From Candidatus Atelocyanobacterium thalassa isolate ALOHA (GTDB lineage: Bacteria; Cyanobacteriota; Cyanobacteriia; Cyanobacteriales; Microcystaceae): a stretch of DNA of 32,000 nucleotides. The stretch covers positions 660,001 through 692,000 of the forward strand of contig NC_013771.1 in assembly GCF_000025125.1 (NCBI RefSeq). The letters run 5' to 3'. A program made the translations under genes and the position numbers. Below, in pieces: positions 1-11,972 of this stretch. Numbering within the stretch: the stretch's first letter is position 1; each line of letters opens with the position of its first letter. A model generated the notes under the pieces. That model saw only the letters and a program-made list of their open reading frames with translations. It was not told the origin of the DNA and did no database searches.

Positions 1-1130
1 GTATTTTTACAAGTAGTAATCCCATAGGGCCAATTTAAGCTATCACGACTTGATTTTCCATAAAAACGATTCTCATTTTTAATCTTGAAATCAGATTGTC
101 CAGTTAATCCTTTAGCCAGTTGTCCAATAACAGGCTTGTTATTCCATCCTATAAGACGAGAATTTGCAGTATCAGCAGAAATTAACCATTTATCTATTAC
201 TGCTATTCCATATGGCATACTAAGAGAATTAGATGAAGGAAAATAATTACCTTTATTTAGTTCGGTGTCTCTAAAATTGTTTTGCCCCAAGACAAAAGAA
301 CATGGGGTATTACTATTGGTAGGAATACCATCCCAAATCATAATTCGATTATTACCAGCATCAGTTACTACCAAGTTATTATTCCAGATAGTTAACGCAT
401 GAGGCCATCGTAGACTACTGGAGTTTGGATCTTTTCCTCCATTTTCATCTCTTAAATTCATATTTGACTGTCCGAGAACATAATCTGCAGGTTGCCCATT
501 CTTTGTTGGGAGTTTGTTCCATACTAATATTCTACGATTGCCTGTATCAGCAACGAATAAGCGACCTTGAAAATACATAACACCATAAGGCCAATGCATC
601 TTATTAGCAGCAGTAGTTAAATTTCCTTGGTTAGATTCATTTTCATTAAAATTATTTTGTCCCAAAACAATATCTGCTTTAGCATTATTGTTTGAAGGCA
701 TTTTATGCCAGATCAATACTCTATGATTCCAAGCATCAGCAACGATAAGCCCTTCTTCAAAATGACAAATACCTGTAGGAACATTTAAAGTGTTTGCTTG
801 AACATTGCTTTTAGCATTTTGACCTTCATGATAAAAATCTGGTTGCCCGATAACCCAATCGGCGGCTTGATTATCTTTCTCAGGACGATACTTCCATCCT
901 AGTAAACGATGATGACCAGTATCACATACCCAAAGTGGTCCATCTTCGGAAATCAAACATGCCCCTCTAGGTCCAAACATTGTAGAAGGGGAAGGACTGA
1001 CTGGAGAAATAAAACTTGAAGAAATAGTCTCTCCAAGAATAATTTCAGCACCTTTTGGATTTAATATATCTAAAAAAGTTTCTTTGTTATTAGTACTAGA
1101 AGTTAGATTTATTTTTGATACAAATTCCAT
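1..1130 (-). CDS. NHL-repeat (beta-propeller) protein, partial; the C-terminus runs off the left edge of the window
   Basis: I translated the minus strand from the ATG at 1130-1128 in two stretches (1130 to ~661 and 120 to 1) and read the middle by eye; no stop was seen. It is absent from the ORF track because it has no stop in the window. The product reads MEFVSKINLTSSTNNKETFLDILNPKGAEIILGE... It shows a repeated module of about 45-50 aa of the type (V/L)xDxxNxR(I/V)LxW ... ADxVxGQ.(N/D)F ... L.WP.G. This periodicity is typical of NHL-repeat propellers. Confidence 0.7.
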   Translation of the reverse strand, partial: MEFVSKINLTSSTNNKETFLDILNPKGAEIILGETISSSFISPVSPSPSTMFGPRGACLISEDGPLWVCDTGHHRLLGWKYRPEKDNQAADWVIGQPDFYHEGQNAKSNVQANTLNVPTGICHFEEGLIVADAWNHRVLIWHKMPSNNNAKADIVLGQNNFNENESNQGNLTTAANKMHWPYGVMYFQGRLFVADTGNRRILVWNKLPTKNGQPADYVLGQSNMNLRDENGGKDPNSSSLRWPHALTIWNNNLVVTDAGNNRIMIWDGIPTNSNTPCSFVLGQNNFRDTELNKGNYFPSSNSLSMPYGIAVIDKWLISADTANSRLIGWNNKPVIGQLAKGLTGQSDFKIKNENRFYGKSSRDSLNWPYGITTCKN

Positions 1131-1297
1131 ATGTACGAACGAATATTTTTTCTAAGCTAGTTTTATTGTAGAAAATAAAATCTAAAAATAATTTTTTGTA
1201 AATATAATTTTTTTATTAAGAAAAGACATATAAAGTATCTAAGGAAAAAATATGTAGCTTCAGCTTTTCTCAATTTTGAAATAAAATTATATATTTA

Positions 1298-1327
1298 TTG
1301 CGTACTTTCAGTATGTTCTGCTATAAT
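1298..1327 (+). promoter_or_regulatory. Candidate sigma70-type promoter for rpsT (TTGCGT - 18 nt - TATAAT)
   Basis: A -35-like TTGCGT lies at 1298-1303 and a consensus TATAAT at 1322-1327, about 58 nt upstream of the rpsT GTG start. Such hexamers arise easily in AT-rich DNA, so support is weak. Confidence 0.3.
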
Positions 1328-1385
1328 TCTAAGTCTGATAGAATCAATTATCATTATACTCAATAATTTTTCCTGGATAAAAATC

Positions 1386-1679
1386 GTGGCTAACTCAAAG
1401 TCTGCAATTAAGCGTATTCAAATTGCTGAACGTAACCGGCTCCGCAACAAGAGCTACAGTTCAGCTGTAAAAACTTTGATGAAAAAATACTTCCAAGCAG
1501 TAGAAAATTATGCTGCAGCTCCAACTACCGATAATAAAGCAATAGTTGAAAAGAGTATGTCAGCAGCTTACAGTAAAATCGACAAGGCTGTTAAAAGAAG
1601 CGTTTTACATCGTAACAATGGTGCCAGAAAAAAAGCACGGTTAGCAAAATTCTTACAGAAAGTTGTCCCGGACTCATAA
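1386..1679 (+). CDS. rpsT: 30S ribosomal protein S20
   Basis: The 97-aa product [24 protein letters not shown]...[12 protein letters not shown] has the S20 N-terminal signature. It uses a GTG start. Confidence 0.95.
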   Translation: MANSKSAIKRIQIAERNRLRNKSYSSAVKTLMKKYFQAVENYAAAPTTDNKAIVEKSMSAAYSKIDKAVKRSVLHRNNGARKKARLAKFLQKVVPDS

Positions 1680-2272
1680 AACTTGCTTTTACTTCCTAAA
1701 ATAACGAATGATTAATAAAAGCTAAAGCTAAAAAATATTTTTCTAAATATTCTTTATTAGTCAATTTTAGGTAGCACATTAATCTAGATGAGGTTAACGC
1801 GACTTATGAATTTTCATAACTATCTAAAAACCCATAGTCAGAAATAAAAGTTGTTTACTTAACTTTATTAAAGTTTAATAAAGGGTCAATTATGTAAACA
1901 TTACTCTTGATAATTAGCTTATACCCTCTAGATATTCACAAGTAGACCATATAGTAACAAAATCTTAAGCTTTATTTGTTTTTATAAAGACTGAATTGAT
2001 GTAAATTCGATAGTCAATAATAGCAATATAAATCTTAAGGAAAAAACTTGATAATGATTACAGAATTAAAAATAATTTAGTGTTTACTGTCGCAATACAA
2101 TTTTAAGGCTTGAAAACATACTCAAAATATTTTGGCAAAAAGTCAGTCTACTAAAAGGAATAATGAATTATTAGCAAGTATGAATCGACAAGCGACGTAA
2201 CGCCTGTAAACTATTTCAGTTATCAATTAATTTTTGACAGTATATTTTTAATAATGCTCAGTTGATCAACCT

Positions 2273-5200
2273 ATGAATAATTTGATCTATAACTACAACC
2301 TCCTCCCCGATCTTATCGAAATTCAGCATTTAAGTTTTCGTTGGTTTCTTGAAGAAGGATTAATCGAAGAACTTAATAGCTTTTCTCCTATTACTGATTA
2401 TGTAGGTAAGCTAGAGCTACATTTTTTAGGAAACAACTATAAATTAAAAGAGCCGAAACATGATGTCGATGAAGCAAAACGCCGAGACAGTACTTATTCG
2501 GTACAAATGTATGTTCCTACTCGTTTAATTAATAAAGAAACAGGAGAAATAAAGGAACAAGAAGTTTTCATTGGTGATTTACCATTGATGACTGATAGAG
2601 GAACATTTATTATTAATGGTGCAGAACGAGTTATTGTTAATCAGATAGTCCGTTCACCAGGAGTATACTATAAAGCAGAAACTGACAAAAATGGACGGCG
2701 TACTTATTCAGCTTCTTTGATTCCTAATAGAGGAGCTTGGTTAAAATTTGAAACTGATAAAAATGGCTTGGTATGGGTTAGGATAGATAAAACTCGTAAA
2801 TTATCAGCTCAGGTTCTTTTAAAGGCTATTGGGTTAAACGATAATGAAATTTTTGATTCTTTACGTCATCCTGAATTCTATCAACGAACTTTGGAAAAAG
2901 AAGGCAACCCTACAGAAGAAGATGCTTTACTAGAGTTGTATAGAAAATTAAGACCCGGTGAACCTCCTACTGTTAGTGGAGGGCAACAACTTCTAGAATC
3001 TCGTTTCTTTGATAGTAAGCGTTATGACTTAGGCCGAGTAGGAAGATATAAACTTAATAAAAAACTTCGCTTAACTGCTCCAGATACAATGCGTGTTTTG
3101 CGTCAACAAGACATTTTATCTGCAATAGATTATCTAATAAACTTAGAATTTGACATCGGAACTGTAGATGATATTGATCATCTAGGAAATCGTAGAGTAC
3201 GCTCAGTTGGAGAATTGCTCCAAAACCAAGTTAGGGTTGGCTTAAATCGTCTCGAAAGAATTATTAGAGAACGAATGACAGTGAGTGAATCTGATAGCTT
3301 AACACCAGCTTCTCTAGTTAATCCTAAGCCTTTAGTAGCTGCAATAAAAGAGTTTTTTGGTTCATCTCAATTATCTCAGTTCATGGATCAAACTAATCCA
3401 CTAGCTGAATTAACTCATAAAAGGCGTATATCGGCTTTAGGTCCTGGAGGTCTTGCTAGAGAAAGAGCTGGTTTTGCAGTCAGAGATATTCACCCTTCTC
3501 ATCATGGACGTATTTGTCCTGTTGAAACTCCTGAAGGTCCCAATGCTGGTTTAATTGGTTCTTTAGCTACTTATGCTAGGGTCAATCAATATGGCTTTAT
3601 TGAAACTCCTTATTATCGAGTAGAGAATGGGCGAGTTAGAAGAGATCTAGATCCAACTTATCTTACCGCTGATGAAGAAGATGACCTCAGAGTTGCACCA
3701 GGTGACATTAGTACTGATACAGATGGTAATATAATAGGGAGTGTAGTTCCTACACGTTATCGTCAAGAATTTTTTATAACTAGTCCTGATCAAGTAGACT
3801 TTGTAGCTGTTTCTCCTGTGCAGATTATTTCTGTTGCAACTTCTATGATACCTTTCCTAGAGCATGATGACGCAAACCGCGCTCTAATGGGCTCTAACAT
3901 GCAAAGACAAGCAGTTCCTTTACTACGTCCAGAACGGCCTCTTGTTGGCACAGGTCTTGAAGCCCAGGCCGCTAGAGACTCTGGGATGGTTATTGTATCT
4001 AGAACTGAAGGAATTGTTAGTTATGTTGATGCTAATAAGATACGAGTAAAAGTCACTGGCCCAGAAAATCATGATAAAGTTGGTCAAGAGATACAGTATA
4101 TCTTACAAAAATATCAACGTTCTAATCAAGATACTTGCCTAAACCAAAGACCACTAGTATATGTCGGTGAAGATGTAGTACCAGGACAAGTTTTGGCAGA
4201 TGGTTCTGCTACTGAAGGGGGCGAATTAGCTCTCGGTCAAAATATTCTAGTAGCATATATGCCTTGGGAGGGATATAACTATGAAGATGCTATTTTGATT
4301 AGTGAGCGTTTAGTGTTCGATGACATATATACAAGCATTCATGTAGAAAAATTCGAAATCGAAGCTCGTCAAACAAAATTAGGTCCAGAAGAGATCACCC
4401 GAGAAATTCCTAATATCGGAGAAGATTCTCTTAAGAACTTAGATGAACAAGGGATTATTCATATTGGAGCATGGGTAGAAGCAGGAGATATCCTTGTAGG
4501 AAAGGTAACTCCAAAAGGAGAATCGGATCAGCCACCAGAAGAAAAACTACTTCGAGCCATCTTCGGAGAAAAAGCACGAGATGTAAGAGATAATTCGTTA
4601 AGGGTTCCTAACGGTGAAAAAGGAAGAGTAGTAGATGTAAGAGTATTTACAAGAGAGCAGGGTGATGAGTTACCTCCAGGAGCGAATATAGTTGTTAGAG
4701 TTTATGTAGCTCAGAAACGTAAAATTCAAGTTGGCGATAAAATGGCAGGGCGTCATGGAAATAAAGGAATTATTTCAAGAATTTTACCTATTGAAGATAT
4801 GCCATATCTTCCTGACGGAAGACCTATGGATATAGTATTAAATCCTTTAGGTGTTCCATCGAGGATGAATGTTGGACAAGTATTTGAATGCCTACTTGGT
4901 TGGGCTGGAGAAAATTTAGGAGTACGATTTAAGATTACTCCTTTTGATGAAATGTATGGTGAAGAATCATCTCGTAAAACTGTTCATGGCTTATTAGCTA
5001 AAGCAGCTGAGAAACCTCGCAAGAATTGGGTGTATGAAAACAATCATCCAGGCAAGATAGCTGTTTACGATGGACGTACCGGAGAAAAATTTGATCGTCC
5101 TATCACTGTCGGCCAAGCTTATATGTTAAAGCTAGTGCATCTCGTAGACGATAAGATTCATGCACGTTCAACAGGTCCTTATTCTTTGGTAACTCAGCAG

Positions 5201-5584
5201 CCTCTTGGTGGTAAAGCCCAACAAGGTGGTCAGCGTTTTGGAGAAATGGAAGTATGGGCTTTAGAAGCATATGGTGCCGCATATACATTACAAGAATTAT
5301 TGACAGTAAAATCTGATGATATGGAAGGAAGAAACGAAGCTTTAAATGCCATCGTCAAAGGAAAACCTATACCTCGTCCAGGGACACCAGAATCATTTAA
5401 GGTATTAATGAGAGAACTACAGTCCTTAGGATTAGATATTGCTGTCCACAAAGTAGAAACTGCTGATGATGGAACAAGTCGAGATGTAGAAGTTGATTTA
5501 ATGATCGACAGTCAACGCCGTTCACCCAATCGTCCAACTTATGAGTCACTGACTACAGAGGATCTTGAAGCAGAAGAGGTTTAA
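2273..5584 (+). CDS. rpoB: DNA-directed RNA polymerase subunit beta
   Basis: The 1103-aa ORF carries canonical beta-subunit motifs ([62 protein letters not shown]). The length is typical of cyanobacterial RpoB. Confidence 0.98.
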   Translation: MNNLIYNYNLLPDLIEIQHLSFRWFLEEGLIEELNSFSPITDYVGKLELHFLGNNYKLKEPKHDVDEAKRRDSTYSVQMYVPTRLINKETGEIKEQEVFIGDLPLMTDRGTFIINGAERVIVNQIVRSPGVYYKAETDKNGRRTYSASLIPNRGAWLKFETDKNGLVWVRIDKTRKLSAQVLLKAIGLNDNEIFDSLRHPEFYQRTLEKEGNPTEEDALLELYRKLRPGEPPTVSGGQQLLESRFFDSKRYDLGRVGRYKLNKKLRLTAPDTMRVLRQQDILSAIDYLINLEFDIGTVDDIDHLGNRRVRSVGELLQNQVRVGLNRLERIIRERMTVSESDSLTPASLVNPKPLVAAIKEFFGSSQLSQFMDQTNPLAELTHKRRISALGPGGLARERAGFAVRDIHPSHHGRICPVETPEGPNAGLIGSLATYARVNQYGFIETPYYRVENGRVRRDLDPTYLTADEEDDLRVAPGDISTDTDGNIIGSVVPTRYRQEFFITSPDQVDFVAVSPVQIISVATSMIPFLEHDDANRALMGSNMQRQAVPLLRPERPLVGTGLEAQAARDSGMVIVSRTEGIVSYVDANKIRVKVTGPENHDKVGQEIQYILQKYQRSNQDTCLNQRPLVYVGEDVVPGQVLADGSATEGGELALGQNILVAYMPWEGYNYEDAILISERLVFDDIYTSIHVEKFEIEARQTKLGPEEITREIPNIGEDSLKNLDEQGIIHIGAWVEAGDILVGKVTPKGESDQPPEEKLLRAIFGEKARDVRDNSLRVPNGEKGRVVDVRVFTREQGDELPPGANIVVRVYVAQKRKIQVGDKMAGRHGNKGIISRILPIEDMPYLPDGRPMDIVLNPLGVPSRMNVGQVFECLLGWAGENLGVRFKITPFDEMYGEESSRKTVHGLLAKAAEKPRKNWVYENNHPGKIAVYDGRTGEKFDRPITVGQAYMLKLVHLVDDKIHARSTGPYSLVTQQPLGGKAQQGGQRFGEMEVWALEAYGAAYTLQELLTVKSDDMEGRNEALNAIVKGKPIPRPGTPESFKVLMRELQSLGLDIAVHKVETADDGTSRDVEVDLMIDSQRRSPNRPTYESLTTEDLEAEEV

Positions 5585-5666
5585 ACAGAAGAAGCATCAA
5601 TGATAGATATCAATAACTATTTATTATTGGTTATCAATTACTATTAACTATAAACTACTAACCAAA

Positions 5667-8600
5667 ATGACATTCTATAATCAAATTGTTGACAAACGTC
5701 GCTTAAAAAAACTAATCGCTTTAGCTTTTCGTAACTATGGTTCAGCTCACAGTTCTCAAGTAGCGGATGATTTGAAAAACTTAGGATTTCGCTATGCAAC
5801 CAAAGCTGGAGTATCTATTAGTATTGATGACTTAACAGTTCCCCCTGCCAAGCGGGGAATGCTTCAGAGTGCTGAACAAGAAATTAGTAGGACAGAAGCT
5901 AGATATGCTCGTGGAGAAATAACTGAAGTAGAACGTTTTCAAAAAGTTATTGATACTTGGAATAGTACATCAGAAGAACTTAAAGATGAGGTTGTTCGTA
6001 ATTTTAGAAAGACAGACCCTCTAAATTCAGTATATATGATGGCTTTTTCTGGGGCGCGAGGCAACATGAGTCAAGTGCGACAATTAGTTGGAATGCGTGG
6101 TTTAATGGCTGATCCGCAAGGTCAAATTATAGATCAGCCAATTAAAACTAATTTTCGTGAAGGTTTAACAGTAACAGAGTATGTAATTTCTTCATATGGG
6201 GCTCGAAAAGGCCTAGTAGATACTGCCCTTAGGACAGCTGATTCAGGGTATTTGACTAGGAGACTGGTAGATGTCTCTCAAGATGTAATTGTTCGAGAAA
6301 TAGATTGTGGAACTCGTCGTGGATTAATGGTTAAAGCCATGAAAGACGGTGAGCGTGTAAAAATAGCGCTAGGAGATCGATTACTAGGAAGAGTTTTAGC
6401 TGAAGATGTAATTGTAGGAAATGATATTCTAGCTAAAAGGAATCAGGCAATTGATGCAGAGCTTGCTGCCAAAATTGGTGCCAGCGTAGAATATGTAATT
6501 GTACGTTCACCTCTAACATGTGAAGCAGCCCGTTCAGTATGTCAATCTTGCTATGGATGGAGCTTGGCAACAGGTCGCTTCGTAGATCTTGGCGAAGCAG
6601 TTGGTATAATTGCAGCTCAGTCAATTGGTGAGCCTGGAACTCAGTTAACCATGAGAACATTTCATACTGGAGGAGTATTCACTGGTGAAGTTGCTGAACA
6701 AATTAAATCTCCTAGCGAAGGAATCATAAGATGGAACAAAGGATTAAGTGCTCGTAAAGTACGTACACGTCATGGAGAAGACGCTTTTCAAGTTGAAGTA
6801 GGTGGGGAATTAAATTGGTGTTCCAGCAAAAATGATGATAAATCTAGTTATTCCATAACTCCTGGCTCAGTCTTGTTTGTTGCTGATGGTGATAGTGTTC
6901 AGAAAGATAAAATGCTAGCCGAGGTAACGTCCGCTAAAACAACTTGTGCTACAGAACGAGCAACAAAAGATGTATCTACCGATCTAGCTGGAGAAGTATT
7001 TTTTGCAAGCCTAGTGTCAGAAGAAAAAACTGACCGCCAAGGGAATACGACTCATATTGCCCAAAGAGGGGGATTAGTATGGATATTATCAGGAGAAGTA
7101 TATAACTTTCCTCCTGGGGCAGAACCAACAGTGTCAAATGGGGATCAGGTAGTAGAAGAAGATGTACTAGCAGAAACTAAATTAGTATCGATGAACGGAG
7201 GGATAGTAAGGTATCTTTCTGAAAGCCGTGAAATAGATATTATTACTGCCTCTGTATCTTTAGATAAGGCTGAAATACGTAGAGAAAGCAGTGGTGGGCA
7301 TGAGCAATATATAATCTATACAGCTGAAAATCAGAGATTTTTATTAAAAGCAACTCCTGAAACAAAGGTACAAAATCATGCGGTTATTGCAGAACTAATT
7401 GATAACCGTTGTGAAACTTCTACAGGTGGTATTTTACGTTATGGCGGCATCGAAGTCGCTAAAGGAAGTCGGAAAACTGGTTATGAAATATTAGGAGGAG
7501 GAACTCTACTATGGGTTCCCGAAGAAACTCATGAAGTTAATAAAGATATTTCTCTATTAATAGTTGAAGATGGACAATATGTTGAAGCAGGTACTGAAGT
7601 GGTAAAAGATATTTTTTGCCAGTCTTCAGGTGTTGTTGAAGTTGTTCAAAAAAATGACATTTTACGAGAAATTATTATTAAGCCTGGAGAGTTTCATTTA
7701 GATGTTGATCCAAATGAGGTCGTATTAAAGAATGAAGATCTTGTTCCTCCAGGAACTGAGGTATTGCCTGGCGTTGTTAGTACTGATTTATGCCAAGTAG
7801 AGTGGATTGAAAGTACTGAAGGACAAGGTTTATTGTTACGCCCTGTCGAAGAGTATAATATTAATCACAAACCAAAAGTTCCATCTCAAAATTCAATTAA
7901 TGGAAAAGATTTAGAAAGACATATTGAATTAAGAACTGTACAAAAATTATTTTATAAAGATGGAGAAAGAGTAAAATCGGTTGATGGAGTTCACCTTTTA
8001 AATACTCAGTTAGTACTGGAAATTGAAACTGGTAATGATCAACTATCCTCTACTTTGGTAGCAGATATTGAATTAAAAGATGATGATAAAAAAGATTGTC
8101 AGCGCTTACAACTAGTTATTTTAGAGTCGTTGACACTACGTCGTGATCTTGATACAGATCCTTACGGTGGAATAATTAAAACTAGTGTCTTAGTATCGAA
8201 TGGGGATCAAATATCTCCAGGTGACATAGTAGCAAAAACCCAAATTCGATGCAAAGAAAATGGGCGAATTCGAGGAATAAAAGATGGCCTTGAAGCAGTA
8301 CGTCGTCTCTTAGTAGTACGCAATGAAGATATCCAAGTTTTTACATTAAATGAAGAACCAAAAGTTAAGGAAAATGACTTGGTTGTAGCAGGGACAGAAC
8401 TTGCTTCTGGAGTAATCACAGCTGAATCAGGACTAATATCTTCTATAAATAAAATCAGTGCATCAAATTATAAAGTAACTTTGCGGCTAGCTCGTCCTTA
8501 TAGAGTTTCTGCTGGAGCTATTCTACATGTTGATGATGGAGATTTAGTTCAACGTGGGGATAATTTGGTCTTACTGGTTTATGAAAGAGCAAAAACAGGA

Positions 8601-9578
8601 GATATTATACAAGGTTTACCTAGAATTGAAGAGTTACTTGAGGCTCGGAAACCTAAAGAAGCTTGTATATTAGCTCGAAAACCAGGAGTTTGCCAAATTG
8701 AATATAGCGACAATGAAATTTTATCAATGAAAGTTGTTGAGGAAGATGGAGCAGAAACTGACTATCCTATTCTTCTTAATCAAAACGTTATTGTTTCAGA
8801 CAACCAAAAAGTTGATATTGGTGAACATTTAACTGATGGTCCAGCCAATCCGCATGAATTATTAGAAGTATTTTTTAATCATTATGTTGATAAGAAAGGA
8901 GTTTATGAAGCTGCTTTAATTGGTTTACAAGAAGCTCAGAAATTCTTGGTTGATCAGGTACAAGTTGTTTATCAATCTCAAGGAATTGATATTTCTGATA
9001 AACATATTGAAGTTATTGTTCGTCAGATGACTGCAAAGGTTAGGGTTGATGATGGAGGGGATACAACAATGTTACCTGGTGAATTAGTAGAATTAAGGCA
9101 AATAGAACAAGTAAACGAGGCCATGTCTATTACAGGTGGTGCTCCAGCTATGTATACTCCTGTTTTGTTGGGAATTACCAAAGCTTCTTTAAATACAGAC
9201 AGCTTTATAAGCGCAGCATCATTTCAAGAAACTACTCGTGTGTTAACTGAAGCAGCTATCGAAGGAAAATCTGATTGGCTGAGAGGTTTAAAAGAAAATG
9301 TAATTATTGGTCGTTTAATTCCTGCAGGTACTGGTTTTAATGTTCACGAAGAAATGCTTACAGGAGCTGTAGACGCCAGCGATGACAATTCTGACAATCA
9401 ACATGAGAAAGAAAGTAAGCAAAATAATAAATATGATAGGGAGCACTCTAATCGATTACTAGGATCTACTTTAGATAAGGTAGATGAGAATATGATTTTA
9501 GATGATAATATTGCTCGTGCTTACACTAAAGCAGAAACTCCTTGGAATATTTATGGTAAAGAAAAAGATGATGAGTAA
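5667..9578 (+). CDS. rpoC2: DNA-directed RNA polymerase subunit beta-prime, the C-terminal half of the split cyanobacterial beta-prime, including the large lineage-specific insertion
   Basis: The 1303-aa ORF has an N-terminus ([21 protein letters not shown]...[17 protein letters not shown]) and motifs ([50 protein letters not shown]) that match RpoC2. The size reflects the known cyanobacterial trigger-loop insertion. Confidence 0.97.
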   Translation: MTFYNQIVDKRRLKKLIALAFRNYGSAHSSQVADDLKNLGFRYATKAGVSISIDDLTVPPAKRGMLQSAEQEISRTEARYARGEITEVERFQKVIDTWNSTSEELKDEVVRNFRKTDPLNSVYMMAFSGARGNMSQVRQLVGMRGLMADPQGQIIDQPIKTNFREGLTVTEYVISSYGARKGLVDTALRTADSGYLTRRLVDVSQDVIVREIDCGTRRGLMVKAMKDGERVKIALGDRLLGRVLAEDVIVGNDILAKRNQAIDAELAAKIGASVEYVIVRSPLTCEAARSVCQSCYGWSLATGRFVDLGEAVGIIAAQSIGEPGTQLTMRTFHTGGVFTGEVAEQIKSPSEGIIRWNKGLSARKVRTRHGEDAFQVEVGGELNWCSSKNDDKSSYSITPGSVLFVADGDSVQKDKMLAEVTSAKTTCATERATKDVSTDLAGEVFFASLVSEEKTDRQGNTTHIAQRGGLVWILSGEVYNFPPGAEPTVSNGDQVVEEDVLAETKLVSMNGGIVRYLSESREIDIITASVSLDKAEIRRESSGGHEQYIIYTAENQRFLLKATPETKVQNHAVIAELIDNRCETSTGGILRYGGIEVAKGSRKTGYEILGGGTLLWVPEETHEVNKDISLLIVEDGQYVEAGTEVVKDIFCQSSGVVEVVQKNDILREIIIKPGEFHLDVDPNEVVLKNEDLVPPGTEVLPGVVSTDLCQVEWIESTEGQGLLLRPVEEYNINHKPKVPSQNSINGKDLERHIELRTVQKLFYKDGERVKSVDGVHLLNTQLVLEIETGNDQLSSTLVADIELKDDDKKDCQRLQLVILESLTLRRDLDTDPYGGIIKTSVLVSNGDQISPGDIVAKTQIRCKENGRIRGIKDGLEAVRRLLVVRNEDIQVFTLNEEPKVKENDLVVAGTELASGVITAESGLISSINKISASNYKVTLRLARPYRVSAGAILHVDDGDLVQRGDNLVLLVYERAKTGDIIQGLPRIEELLEARKPKEACILARKPGVCQIEYSDNEILSMKVVEEDGAETDYPILLNQNVIVSDNQKVDIGEHLTDGPANPHELLEVFFNHYVDKKGVYEAALIGLQEAQKFLVDQVQVVYQSQGIDISDKHIEVIVRQMTAKVRVDDGGDTTMLPGELVELRQIEQVNEAMSITGGAPAMYTPVLLGITKASLNTDSFISAASFQETTRVLTEAAIEGKSDWLRGLKENVIIGRLIPAGTGFNVHEEMLTGAVDASDDNSDNQHEKESKQNNKYDREHSNRLLGSTLDKVDENMILDDNIARAYTKAETPWNIYGKEKDDE

Positions 9579-9632
9579 AAAAAATTCATCTGTGAACTTA
9601 AACAAAGATAAAACATAATAATTTGCTTTTTA

Positions 9633-9681
9633 TTTTGGTTATATTTTGAGGGTATTATGTGCCCTCAAAATATAACCAAAA
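9633..9681 (+). terminator. Long perfect hairpin downstream of rpoC2: 20-bp stem and 9-nt loop
   Basis: The left arm ttttggttatattttgaggg (9633-9652) is the exact reverse complement of ccctcaaaatataaccaaaa (9662-9681). It starts 55 nt after the rpoC2 stop and ends 71 nt before pdxH. Confidence 0.65.
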
Positions 9682-9752
9682 TAAATATTTATTAATTTAT
9701 ATATTTCAATTTTTTGTTTAAAATATATAAGTATTAAAAATTAGACTTATCT

Positions 9753-10391
9753 ATGGACTTAACTTCTTTAAGACAAGAATATAACTGCAAAGGCTTAGTA
9801 AAAGAAGAATTATCTTCCGATCCTTTTCATCAGTTTGAAAAATGGTTTGAGGAGTATGTTCAAACAAGCCTACCAGAACCAAATGCAATGGTTCTAGCAA
9901 CTGTTTCGGAAGCAGGAGAGCCTTCCTCGAGAACAGTTCTCTTAAAATATTTTGATGAACAAGGATTAGTCTTTTTTACAAATTATGGAAGTAAAAAAGC
10001 CAAACAAATTGAGGGTAACTCTAATGTTGCCTTGTTATTTCCATGGTTTCTTTTAGAGCGTCAAGTCAAAATTGAAGGAATCGCTAGTAAAATTTCAACA
10101 ACAGAATCTTTAGCATATTTTATTAATCGTCCTCGAGGTAGTCAATTGGGTGCTTGGTGCTCACATCAAAGTAATATTATTTCTTCAAGAAGTATGTTGG
10201 AGAATAAATTTGAAGAATTAAAGCTAAAATTTCAAAATAAGACAATACCTTTACCATCTTTTTGGGGTGGATATAGAATCGTTCCTAAGCAGTTTGAATT
10301 TTGGCAAGGACGAAGTAATAGATTACACGATAGATTTGTTTATGCATTGAATGATGATAACAAATGGAGTCTTGATCGCTTATCTCCTTAA
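9753..10391 (+). CDS. pdxH: Pyridoxamine/pyridoxine 5'-phosphate oxidase
   Basis: The 212-aa ORF matches the PdxH family in layout. It has an N-terminal LRQEY, PNAMVLATV...PSSRTVLLK, FFTNYGSKKAKQIEGN, and a C-terminal FEFWQGRSNRLHDR. Confidence 0.93.
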   Translation: MDLTSLRQEYNCKGLVKEELSSDPFHQFEKWFEEYVQTSLPEPNAMVLATVSEAGEPSSRTVLLKYFDEQGLVFFTNYGSKKAKQIEGNSNVALLFPWFLLERQVKIEGIASKISTTESLAYFINRPRGSQLGAWCSHQSNIISSRSMLENKFEELKLKFQNKTIPLPSFWGGYRIVPKQFEFWQGRSNRLHDRFVYALNDDNKWSLDRLSP

Positions 10392-10848
10392 ATCTCTCTA
10401 TATCAGTTAAATCATCATCTTAATTATAATTGAATGTCTAAACAGCTAAAATTTAATTAAATGAAAAAGTAGTAGTAATTAATAAATATAAATTACTACG
10501 ATACTAAAATTTAGATCATCTTAGTTTTTAGAAGCTGGTTGAATAACAAAGATTACAGTAATATTCTTAGCTGCATAAAATTTTTAAAAAAGACACTATT
10601 TTTAATAACAAGTTATAGAAATTTTTCTTATTTTACTTACTACAAACTATGATTTAAGATCATAATAGCCATAAACATATTGATAACTATAAATAAGTTT
10701 AGTAACTTATTTATTAGCAGTTAAAACAATAGTCTAATTATTTAAAAATAAAAGAGAAGTAATTAAATCAGTAAATATACGATAGTAAATAAACTTTTTT
10801 AAGTTAGATTTGATAGTTTATGTATGTTTTGTTGAGGTAATTAAAATT

Positions 10849-11925
10849 ATGATTGATGTTATTATAATTACGACATTTATTCTGGTAGCTGCTGGGATTG
10901 GTTTTAATAGTATTGATTTACTTTCTTTAGAATTACAAAAACAAATCGCTGATATAAATAGCTTAAGATGGTTAGGAGCTTTTTGTTCTTCAATTTTAGG
11001 ATTGATTTTTGGTTTGGTTGCTCAAACTACGTATAGAAATATAGAAACATATGCTAGAACTATTCCCATAGAATTTACCTTAACAAGATCAATGGGACTT
11101 ATTACAGGACTCATTATAACTAATCTTACACTTGCTCCAATTTTCTTATTACCTATACCTCAAGAATTTACTTTTATTAAACCTATGGCTGCCATTTTAG
11201 GAAGTACTATATTTTCCTTTATGGGAGTTAGCATAGCAGGCGCTCATCAGAATACTATTCTAAGACTAATAAATTTCAGGGTGTCTGAAACTTGGTTAGC
11301 TAAAGAAAATAAACTTCAGGCTGCTTCTGTCAAAATTATTGATACTAGTTGCATAATAGATGGACGCATAGAAAAACTAGTACATACAGGATTTATTGAG
11401 GGGAGAATTCTAATTCCTAGATTCGTATTGGATGAATTACATATATTAGCAGATAATAATAATAATCAAAAACGTTTCAAAGGACGTAGAGGATTAGATA
11501 TATTAAATAGAATGCAGAGGTCTAACCCTGAAAGTTTTTCTATTTACCAACACTATCATACAAAAGCTTCTACTATTGATGCAAAGTTAATCGATCTTGC
11601 TAAAGAAATTAACGGAATTCTTTTAACAAATGACCATAATTTAAGTAAAGTAGCCACATTACAAAAAGTAAATATTCTTAATATTAACGATATTGTTGAA
11701 GCTAGTCGCTCAATTTACCTTCCTGAGGATATATTACATCTTAAAATTATTAAATCAGGGCAAGAGACTAGTCAAGGGGTAGGATATTTAGAAGATGGTA
11801 CTATAGTAGTTATAAAAGAGGGAGAAAAATATGTCGGGAAAACTACAAGTGTTTCTGTAACTTCTGTAATTCAAACTTCCACAGGAAGAATGATTTTTGC
11901 AAAAATTGAATCAATTATTTCTTAG
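10849..11925 (+). CDS. Membrane-anchored PIN-domain / TRAM-domain protein (YacL-like)
   Basis: The N-terminus is hydrophobic with several predicted TM helices. A PIN-like core follows (VKIIDTSCIIDGR...VLDEL...TNDHNL), then a C-terminal TRAM-like beta segment (GVGYLEDGTIVVIKEG...TSVIQTSTGRMIFAKI). The track ORF starts at a TTG at 10810. I prefer the first ATG at 10849 (MIDVIIITTF...). Confidence 0.75.
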   Translation: MIDVIIITTFILVAAGIGFNSIDLLSLELQKQIADINSLRWLGAFCSSILGLIFGLVAQTTYRNIETYARTIPIEFTLTRSMGLITGLIITNLTLAPIFLLPIPQEFTFIKPMAAILGSTIFSFMGVSIAGAHQNTILRLINFRVSETWLAKENKLQAASVKIIDTSCIIDGRIEKLVHTGFIEGRILIPRFVLDELHILADNNNNQKRFKGRRGLDILNRMQRSNPESFSIYQHYHTKASTIDAKLIDLAKEINGILLTNDHNLSKVATLQKVNILNINDIVEASRSIYLPEDILHLKIIKSGQETSQGVGYLEDGTIVVIKEGEKYVGKTTSVSVTSVIQTSTGRMIFAKIESIIS

Positions 11926-11972
11926 TATTAAAACTATTTTATACATTAAAAATAACTAATATCTTTTTGGCA

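Noticed and set aside
5585-5666. rpoB is followed directly by rpoC2 with an 82-nt spacer and no rpoC1 (gamma subunit). This looks at first like a broken rpoB-rpoC1-rpoC2 operon or a deletion.
   Set aside because: From memory, Synechocystis PCC 6803 (rpoB sll1787, rpoC2 sll1789, rpoC1 slr1265 elsewhere) has the same arrangement, so it is probably the ancestral state of this clade and not a novelty. It is worth confirming only that rpoC1 exists elsewhere in the genome.
5103-8419. Antisense ORFs inside rpoB and rpoC2 (5103-5288, 5230-5451, 6433-6660, 8207-8419).
   Set aside because: They are fully contained in strongly supported, conserved genes on the opposite strand. They are short and have no recognisable domains, which is typical of shadow ORFs.
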